A DNA stretch of 64,000 bases from Eledone cirrhosa (lineage: Eukaryota), in contig OZ024765.1 in assembly GCA_964016885.1 (NCBI GenBank), positions 9,114,001-9,178,000 of the forward strand. Direction: 5' to 3'. Under the pieces are notes generated by a model. That model was not told the DNA's origin. It searched no databases and saw only the letters and a list, made by a program, of their open reading frames with translations. The number at the start of each line of letters is the position of its first letter. Within the stretch, counting starts at the first letter, position 1. This document shows positions 53,769-64,000 of the stretch, piece by piece. Position numbers and translations under genes: made by a program.

Positions 53769-54871
53769 TAACATTTACTACTAGTCACTCAGTTTTATGT
53801 TTAGTATTTGAAACAATTTGTTGTCCTTTTCTAATAAATTCTGTTTTATTGCCAAAACTGAGAATTTTGAAATGTCATTTTTTTTGTACCATCTCCTCCT
53901 CCACCCCCCTCTTTCTCTCTCTCTCATTGTCTCTGACCCCCCTCTCTCATTGTCTCTGACCCTCCCCCCTCTCTCATTGTCTCTGACCCCCCCCCCCTCT
54001 CGCATTGTCTCTGACCCCCTCTCTCGCATTGTCTCTGACCCCCTCTCTCATTGTCTCTGATCCCCCCTCTCTCATTGTCTCTGACCCACCCTCTCGCATT
54101 GTCTCTGACCCCCCCCCCCTCTCGCATTGTCTCTGCCCCCCCCCCTCTCTTCCAATCGCTGTCTTTCACTTTGACCCACTCTATCTATATATAGGAAAAG
54201 GTTCAGGACCCCGACGGCAGAGCTCAAGCCGTTTCGGCAGCTATTTCTGAACGCACCTGGTTCCTTACCACACTTCCTTCGTTATCTCTCTCCTACCTAT
54301 AGTTGCTCGCACATTGCTCGGTTTGTGTTTTTTTTTTGTTGCTGTTTTGTTATTGTTTCTCTTTTCTTCCCCTTCGCTTTCCTTCCCTCCTTCCTTCGTT
54401 TTCCCAATAACTTATCCAGTTATTGACGCCCTGGGGTGAAGTGGTATCTTGTCTTTAAAGCGTAGACATATCCGAGACCCCCAGTAGACAACTGATGAGG
54501 AGTAACAACATGATAGGACTAGGGCCACTATCCCCAAAGCACCCAAGAAACCTCATATAAGATAGAACCTTGTAGGAGGTCAACTAAACCTAGCTAGATA
54601 TGAGCTGTGACAACATGATAGGACTAGGGCCACTATCCCCAAAGCACCCAAGAAACCTTATATAAGATAGAACCTTGTAATAAGTCAGCTAAACCTGGAT
54701 AGTTGTGAACTGTAAAATTAATTTAAATTCTTTATATTTTCTATTCAGCCGCCACATGACATATTCTGCTTACTTGACTGACTTTCTAAAGATTGTGATT
54801 GGCCTAGTTCAGAAATAGTTTCTGTTTGGGTGGCTGAATATATATATAAATATATATATATATATAAGCAA

Positions 54872-54921
<50 letters not shown>

Positions 54922-55449
54922 ACCCGCAGAGAAAATTAACTCTATTATAACTATTGTTTTGAATAATTATTTTATGCCAAATATATTTTACAAACATGTT
55001 ATACAATGGTGGAAATATTACAATTAGCTTCATTCCTAACATATAACTATAACAACAACAACAGTAACTACAGTAAAAACAACAACAACAGTTACAAAAT
55101 TTAATAGATAAATTATGTAATATTCATTTATTATTTATTCAAAGTAATCCAACTTATTTTACTAACTGGATAAAAAAATATATTCAGGACACAGTCCCGC
55201 ACTCCTTACTTTATTATATAATGATATATATACTATTATATTTTCACACTAAAGGCTTTACCTCACATAGTTATTTCACATAATATCAAATCTATGAGAT
55301 TTTGATATTATTTATGTTGAGAACAATAATATTCATTCATTATTTATTCAAAGTAATCCAACTTATTTTACTAACTGGATAAAAAAATATATTCAGGACA
55401 CAGTCCCGCACTCCTTACTTTATTGTAGTTTAGATTATTATTATTATTG

Positions 55450-55658
55450 TTCTTTGAGTCTCAGTTATTTAACTGGAAAGTTTGTTGAAATGAATATCAA
55501 GCCGTTACCTGCAGCCTCAGATATTCAGGATGTATCGGAGGGTTCTTGCTGTTCCCAGCAAGCATGCCTTTTGAAGTGTTCCAAAAAGCAGGGCTGGACT
55601 AATCTTCTTTAACCATCCTTGGAAACTCTTTGAGATAGTCCCTAGTGCTCCTATGACA

Positions 55659-55665
<7 letters not shown>
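55450..55665 (-). mobile_element. RLE-type non-LTR element 3' fragment
   Basis: Minus strand IVIGALGTISKSFQGWLKKI...LQKACLLGTARTLRYILNI*. Confidence 0.7.
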
Positions 55666-55700
<35 letters not shown>

Positions 55701-55924
55701 GTATGGGCGGTGGATTGGCAGTATCGGTGAAGGGTCGGACGCCATGTTTTGCAGCACAGTTACGGCCCTTGCCATTCTGAGTTCAAATCCCGCCGAGGTT
55801 AACTTTGCCTTTCATCCTTACGGGGGTCGATAAAATAAAGTACCAGTAATACACTGGGGGTAATTGCTGGCCTTGTGCCAAAAGTAGAAACAATTATTAC
55901 TATTATTGTTTTTATTTTCTTTCA

Positions 55925-56935
55925 TTATTGTTTCTGAGATATATGCCGAGTGCCTTCCTGACACCTAGGGCAAATAAATGCAGTGTGCATTGGTAAGCCA
56001 GTTAATACAGCACATTGATTATAATTTAACCCCCCCACAAAAAAAACAGTATACATATATACACATATGCATATGTAAATACAAGGAGGGATATCAATCT
56101 TACAGAGATAGTGCTCTTCTCAATATGTGTGCAGTACCAGTCAAAACAATCTTTTGCCCCTCGTGCAGCGAGGGTAAACCAGGAATCATTCGCAAATATT
56201 GTTCTGTTCCTTTCTAGGTCATTCCTGGTCCTCCCACAATCACTGGTATTGTAACGGCCTTGAGGTGCCACATTTTCTCAATTTCAATAAGCAGATCTTT
56301 ATATTTTCGTAGCTTGTCAAATTCTTTTGCTGCGATATTGTGATCACATGGGATGCTCATATCTATCAACAAACAGACCTTGTTATGTTGATCTTTTACA
56401 ATGATGTCAGGTCTATTTGCTTTTATGGTCCTGTTAGTATGTACAGGAAAGTCCCAGAGAATTGTTACTTTTTCTCCTTCAGTCACAGCCTCAGGGTGAT
56501 GATTGTACCAACTTGTCTTCAGCTTTGATTTTGTAATGCCGACATATTACCCAGTGTAGATATTGGCCAACTCTGTCATGTCTATATTTGTATTCTACTG
56601 GGGCAAAAACTTTACACCCAGAGACTAAGTAATCCACTGTTTCAACCCCAGCATTACAGAATTGGCACTTTGGGTTTATTCCGTTTCTCATCACATTGGC
56701 CTGGTAATTACGAGTCAATAAGCTTTGATCTTGGGCAGCTAAGATGAAGCCTTCACTCTCCGCCTTTAGCCCTGAACTACGTAGCCACTGATGGGTGTGC
56801 TTTTGGTCAACATCAGCTTGTTTGCTACGGGCCACATATTTGCCATGCAGAGGTTTCTGCTTCCAATTTGATGCTAATTGTCCTTGCCCTTTTGCTTTTG
56901 CCAGTGATTTTATGTGCCTAGCAGCATCAGTTGCA
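55925..56935 (-). mobile_element. R4/Dong-like non-LTR retrotransposon C-terminal fragment (zinc knuckle plus restriction-like endonuclease), frameshifted
   Basis: ESEGFILAAQDQ, CQFC..ETVDYLVSGC, RHDRV, ILWDF...NRPDIIV...LIDMSIP...KYKDL. Confidence 0.85.
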
Positions 56936-56937
56936 AC

Positions 56938-57262
56938 AGTTTCTTCTTATTATTCTTCTTCTTGTTCTTGTTCTTCTTCTTTTTCTTTTTCTTTTTCTTT
57001 TTCTTTTTCTTTTTCTTTTTCTTTTTCTTTTTTTTCTTTTTTGCCTTCTTCTTTTTCTTCTTTGCCTTCTTCTTCTTCTTCTTTGCCTTCTTCTTCTTTT
57101 TCTTCTTCTTCTTTGCCTTCTTCTTCTTTTTCTTCTTCTTTTTCTTTTTCTTTTTCTTCTTCTTCTTCTTCTTCTTCTTCTTCTTCTTCTTCTTCTTTTC
57201 TTCTTCTTTTCTTCTTCTTCTTATTCTTCTTCTTCTTCTTCTTTTTCTTCTTCTTCTTCTTT
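56938..57262. repeat. ~325-bp (TTC)/(TTTTTC) pyrimidine tract forming the WFS1 acceptor
   Basis: Directly visible. Ends in ttgcag. Confidence 0.92.
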
Positions 57263-57266
57263 GCAG

Positions 57267-57485
57267 AAATGGAGTCCAGCCTTGACCCCGAGGTTCTTGC
57301 CAGGGCAGAAGATGAAAAAGAAGAGGACCAGCTGACTGTCGGCAAACATTTCCTCGTATTGGCCCAGTCTGGAGTGGAAGAGGAAGAAAATGGTGCAAAG
57401 GCTGTGAAATGGCTGATTATGTCGTCTAAACAAGGCAACGACCCAGCTACAGAACTTCTGTGTCACTGTATGGACACACACCTGG
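57267..57485 (+). CDS. WFS1: Wolframin, N-terminal coding exon (ATG at 57269; upstream exons possible)
   Basis: EVLARAE..QLTVGKHFLVLA..EEENGAKAVKWLIMSSKQG..ATELL..C resembles wolframin EVLERAK..QTEVGKHYLQLA..AVDWLVLAAKQG as recalled. Donor g|gtaag. Confidence 0.85.
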
Positions 57486-58790
<1,305 letters not shown>

Positions 58791-58899
58791 TATATATATA
58801 TATACATATACACATACACATCTGGGTAAGCGAAAACTAATCACTAGACAACCGTTTAAAACAGCTAAATGCTGTCAAATACAGCGATGGGCAAAAATG

Positions 58900-59195
58900 C
58901 CTGAGAGGACAGAGACCAGTGACCAGTGGTCAACAGAGACAATCCACAAGGTGGGTGACAGGCAGAGGATATATAATGTCTGACCAGTGACCAGTGGTCA
59001 AAGAGACAATCCATGAGGTGGGTGACAGGTAGATGATATATAATGTCTCAGAGGACAGAGACCAGCGGTCAACAGAGACAATCGATGAGGTGGGTGACAG
59101 GCAGATGATATATAATGTTTGAGAGGACAGGGACCAGAGACCAGTGGTCAACAGAGAGACAATCCATGAGGTGGGTGACAGGTAGATGATATATA
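58900..59195. repeat. ~70-bp degenerate tandem repeat (4 units)
   Basis: gaccagtggtcaacagagacaatccatgaggtgggtgacaggcagatgatatataatgtc. Confidence 0.85.
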
Positions 59196-59444
59196 GAAAA
59201 GACTGAAAGAGGAGAAAGACAAGGAGAGGTGTGTTTGGTGCATAGAAGTGACTGGAAGAAGGAAATAAAGGTGATGTACAAGACAGGTTTACATATCTTC
59301 ACCCTTATCAGCTCTGAAACCAGCTAAACGATTTCGCACGATTTAATTGAAGGGATGTTATTGTGTAGTTAAGTAACTTGAGTTACGTCCACTTGAAGAG
59401 ATAAACTATACAGTACACACACACACACACACATATCTATATCT

Positions 59445-60425
59445 ATCTAGGGCGGGTAAAATTCCCGAGATCCATGGACGAGTTCTCTCCAGCGGTCTCT
59501 GTCCCTCATTATCGCTGGCATGTCCTGCGTCTCCAACAGACCAGTGCCTGTCCTTAGGGCATCAACATATGTCAACCTCGGTCTCCCTCTTCTAGTGTGT
59601 CATTGTAGGGGCTCCCACAGGAGCACTGAGTGCAATGTCAACTCTGGATGTTGGTGAGCATGTCCAGCTAACTTCACTCTCCTCTGTGTCACTTTTGACC
59701 TGATTTTTGGGAGGTTCCCATACAGCTCTGAGTTTTTCATCCTCAATGTATACTGATTAATGTTCAGAGCCATCCTCAGCATTCTAGTGTAGCACCCATC
59801 CACCATCTGAGTGAGTTTCTTGGTCAGTGTACAAGTTTCAGACCTGTACAGCAGCACAGACTCCACTACAGCAACGAAGAGGCAGATCTTCAGGTCTTTA
59901 CGAAGGTCTGACTTCCACACCGATCTCAAGCTGTGGCACACCGCCCAGGCTTTGCTCTTCCTCTCAACCACATAATCTTCCGTATTCCCAATCTTTGCTC
60001 CCAAATACAGGAAGTCCTCAACCAATTCTAGCGGCTTCCTGCCTACATTAGTAATCTTCTCTGGCTTCTTAATATTCTCTACCAGATATTTTGTTTTAGT
60101 CTCATTCATTCTCAGCCCCACACTCATCGACACAGTCTCAACCTCCTGCATCAAATCCTCTACCTCCTTCACTGTATTTGTCACCAAAGCTATGTCGTCG
60201 GCAAATTCAGCATCCAATACCTTTTTCGCCTTAACTCTCCTGCTCTGAGCCGGTGCTACAGTAAAGCCAGAGTCCTGGTGTTTCTCCAGCAAAAGGCGCA
60301 GACAACAGTCCACTATGATGATAAAAAGGTAGGGAGCCAATGTATCTCCCTGGAGCACTCCAGCCAGTATCTCAAAGAACTCTGTCATCCCATCAGATGT
60401 AATGACTTTGGCTTTGGTGTTGGTA
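59445..60425 (-). mobile_element. RTE-like LINE RT fragment (FADD)
   Basis: GVLQGDTLAPYLF, EFADDIAL, VGLRMNETKTKY, FLYLG, KLAGH. Confidence 0.88.
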
Positions 60426-60439
60426 TATATATATTGTTA

Positions 60440-60715
60440 TATTTGGGGAGGGTCACATTGTTATAATATTGCCAGAAATAATAATAGAACACACTCACTG
60501 TTTCGTTTGGATTGGTTTTCGCTTCTGTATCTTTTATATCTCCATAGTTAATTTATCTGGCAATCAATGTTTATCATTGATTGACCAGCAGTTAGAAATA
60601 TATATATAAATATATACATATAGTCTATCAAAGTTCTTTCGTCACACATCTGTGACATCATCAGTGGTACTATTATGTTTCCTCCCATTGTATTGTAATG
60701 TCTACACCATTTTTC
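60440..60715 (-). mobile_element. Family-C element with hammerhead-like core at 60625-60670
   Basis: Minus strand: uacca CUGAUGA u gucaca gaug ugugac GAAAG aa CUU ugaua. Confidence 0.62.
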
Positions 60716-60718
60716 GCC

Positions 60719-60769
<51 letters not shown>

Positions 60770-60821
60770 CAGATATATATATATATATATATATATTCAC
60801 AGATATTTTACTGTTTTCCAG

Positions 60822-61022
60822 GAGTGACAGAGAAGAATGAAGAATTAATAAAATGGTGTATCAATACCTCTTCAATGGAGAAGAAAGTCCGAATGGCAGC
60901 CAGGCAGATGTTTGGTTCCCTCAATAAAACACACAAAGAAGTGATGAGTAAAGATGAATATTTGAAAGCCATTAAAGAAATCCCTGGTGATGAACAAGCC
61001 CGGAAATTATTAGCGGCAGCAG
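60822..61022 (+). CDS. WFS1: Wolframin, next coding exon
   Basis: Acceptor ctgttttccag; GVTEKNEELIKWCINTSSMEKKVRMAARQMFGSLN...LLAAA (compare GITSENE..LERAVRKAALVMYWKLN). Phase 1/1. Confidence 0.85.
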
Positions 61023-61866
61023 GTAAGGGATTTTGTGAGGCTTTGTGGGTCATGTGTGTGATATAGGCATCAGTGTAAGGGTTTAGTTAATTATTAGTGG
61101 CAACAGGTAAGGGATTTTGTGAGGTTTTGTGAGGCTTTGTGGGTCTTGTGTGTGATATAGGCATCAGTGTAAGGGTTTAGTTAATTATTAGCGGCAGCAG
61201 GTAAGGGATTTTGTGAGGTTTTGTGAGGCTTTGTGGGTCTTTTGTGTGATATAGGCATCAGTGTAAGGGTTTAGTTAATTATTAGCGGCAGCAGGTAAGG
61301 GATTTTGTGAGGTTTTGTGAGGCTTTTGTGTGATATAGGCATCAGTGTAAGGGTTTAGTTAATTATTAGTGGCAACAGGTAAGGGATGCTGTGGGGTTTT
61401 ATGGGTGATATAGGAGGGTTTGTGTTAGGGTTTAGTTAATTATTAGCTGCAACAGGTAAGGAGTTGTATGGGTCTTGTGGATGATATAGGGGTCTGTGTA
61501 AGGGTTTAGTTATTTCTTAGCTACAGCAGGTAAGAAATTGTGTGCGATTTTGTAGGACTTGTAGGTGATATAGGGGTCAGTGTAAGGCTTTATTTAATTC
61601 TTAGCTGCAGCAGGTAAGGGATTTTGTGGGTCTTGTTGGTGATATAGGGGGTCTGTGTAAGGCTTAAGTTAATTATTAGCTGCAGCAGAAAAGAGATTCT
61701 GTGGGGTTTTATGGGTGATATAGGGGTCTGTATAAGGGTTTAGTTAATTCTTAACTCAGCAGTTAAGGGATGAATTTTGTGGGATTTTGTGGTTTTTACA
61801 GGTGATATAGGGGTCAGTGTAAGGCTTAAGTTAATTCTTGGCTGCAAGAGGTAAGGGATTTTTGGA
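61023..61866 (+). repeat. ~75-95-bp tandem repeat, each unit ending in a copy of the WFS1 donor junction
   Basis: attattagcggcagcaggtaagggattttgtg recurs about 10 times with increasing divergence. Confidence 0.9.
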
Positions 61867-61994
61867 GGGGTTTTTTCCTATTCCTCTTCTTCCTGCATTC
61901 CCTCTTCTCACACTTCCTGTTCCTATACTTTCACTTCCTGTTCCTATTGCCCCAATATATTTACACTTAATATCTTCTTGTAATTCAACGTTAG

Positions 61995-62134
61995 GTAAAA
62001 AGATTGGTGACGCTATCTCTGAAGATGCATTCGTGAAGACCATCTCGAAGAAAATCCAGGGAAAAATTAATTTAACCGAAGAAGAAGCAGCAGAACAGTC
62101 TGAAGTGTACAAGAGATCAAGTATTTATTCAAAG
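61995..62134 (+). CDS. WFS1: Wolframin, third visible coding exon (gene continues beyond window)
   Basis: Acceptor ttag; GKKIGDAISEDAFVKTISKKIQGKINLTEEEAAEQSEVYKRSSIYSK; donor gtaagt. The phase is compatible with the previous exon. Confidence 0.75.
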
Positions 62135-62255
62135 GTAAGTACTTGGACATTCAATATGACAGACATTTTACACATCAACTACAGCATTAACCTTTTTTAT
62201 TACCAGCGTGGTTCTATGAACCAAATCCACCCAGTTTTAGAGGGGTCCTACTTAA

Positions 62256-63463
62256 CCCTTTAGCATTTACATTACTCTATATATACTATTGTATTGTCAC
62301 AGTAAAGGCTTTACCTCACATAATATCTCGCATAACATTTACATTACTCTATATATACTATTGTATTTTCACAGTAAAGGCTTTACCTCACATAATATCT
62401 CGCATAACATTTACATTACTCTATATATACTATTGTATTTTCATAGTAAAGGCTTTACCTCACATAATATCTCACATAACATTTACATTACTCTATATAT
62501 ACTATTGTATTGTCACAGTAAAGGCTTTACCTCACATAATATCTCACATAACATTTACATTACTCTATATATACTATTGTATTTTCACAGTAAAGGCTTT
62601 ACCTCACATAATATCTCGCATAACATTTACATTACTCTATATATACTATTGTATTTTCATAGTAAAGGCTTTACCTCACATAATATCTCACATAACATTT
62701 ACATTACTCTATATATACTATTGTATTTTCATAGTAAAGGCTTTACCTCACAGAATATCTCACATAACATTTACATTACTCTATATATACTATTGTATTT
62801 TCACAGTAAAGGCTTTACCTCACATAATATCTCACATAACATTTACATTACTCTATATATACTATTGTATTGTCACAGTAAAGGCTTTACCTCACATAAT
62901 ATCTCACATAACATTTACATTACTCTATATATACTATTGTATTTTCACAGTAAAGGCTTTACCTCACATAATATCTCACATAACATTTACATTACTCTAT
63001 ATATACTATTGTATTTTCACAGTAAAGGCTTTACCTCACATAATATCTCACATAACATTTACATTACTCTATATATACTATTGTATTGTCACAGTAAAGG
63101 CTTTACCTCACATAATATCTCACATAACATTTACATTACTCTATATATACTATTGTATTTTCACAGTAAAGGCTTTACCTCACATAATATCTCACATAAC
63201 ATTTACATTACTCTATATATACTATTGTATTGTCACAGTAAAGGCTTTACCTCACATAATATCTCGCATAACATTTACATTACTCTATATATACTATTGT
63301 ATTTTCACAGTAAAGGCTTTACCTCACATAATATCGAATTTGAGATTTTGATATTATTTATGTTAATACCTTAACATAAGCATGAGCAGCCGGTTATGTC
63401 CGATTTGAAGATAAAGAGGTGAGAGAATTCTGGCTGGATATGGCCAGTTTAAATGCTAAAGGG
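62256..63463 (+). mobile_element. Complete piggyBac-like MITE with ~15 internal 72-bp units
   Basis: TTAA(62252-62255) CCCTTTAGCATTTA ... TAAATGCTAAAGGG TTAA(63464-63467): 14-bp TIR and TTAA TSD. Confidence 0.9.
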
Positions 63464-64000
63464 TTAAATCAAAATCTTCCAGCACACAGATACAGTATCA
63501 TTATGTATGGTTTAGCAGGAGTGGTGGAGTATCGGATAATATGCCATTACAATGCTGGGTCTTTACATTTTGAGTTCAAATCCTGCTCCGGTCAACTTTG
63601 CCTTCCATCTTTCCAGGGTTGATAAAATAAAGTACCAGTAATGCACTGGGGGTGGATTTATTTGACTTTCCGCTCCCCTAAATTGCTGGCCTTGTGCCTA
63701 AATCAGAAACCATTATTTACACAAAAATAACCACCACACACTGTACTGGCTGGTGCTGTCTTTAATGTTTTCTTAATGTAAACCCTGTGTAGCTAATAGA
63801 GATACCTTTATTATTATTACCAGTAATATACTGGGATAATTGCTGGCCTTGTGCCAAAAGTAGAAACAATTGTGAATTGGCAGTATCAGTAGAGGGTCGG
63901 ACGCCATGAGTTCTAGCAGAGTTACGTCCCTTTATGGTCTGAGTTCAAATCCCGCTGAGGTTAACTTTGCCTTTCATCCTTACAGGGTCGATAAAATAAA

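Noticed and set aside
54492-54520. CTGATGA as a hammerhead core
   Set aside because: No stem II or GAAA/stem III follows at suitable spacing.

Overview
Eukaryotic, AT-rich, repeat-saturated animal DNA. The repeat landscape resembles an octopus or other coleoid cephalopod, which is an inference. Almost all long ORFs in the track are artefacts of microsatellites or minisatellites. Three real spliced + strand genes can be read. (1) The terminal GFFKR exon of an integrin alpha (10369-10455), whose upstream intron holds a >10 kb 48-bp satellite. (2) A complete 4-exon NME3-like nucleoside diphosphate kinase (24214-32264), in which the catalytic His is replaced by Tyr and two other active-site residues are lost. 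(3) Three N-terminal exons of wolframin/WFS1 (57267-62134). The rest is RTE, CR1 and R4-like LINE fragments, tRNA-derived SINEs, Helitrons, Tc1/mariner and piggyBac-like MITEs, and minisatellites seeded from these elements. Main hunt results: (a) many type I hammerhead-ribozyme motifs from several unrelated families, including a 310-bp tandem/inverted retrozyme-like array (35808-37250) and head-to-head ribozyme pairs in the NDK intron; (b) arrays of duplicated splice junctions next to three different exons; (c) the probable NDK pseudoenzyme. All coordinates and structures were read by eye, and repeat edges are approximate.
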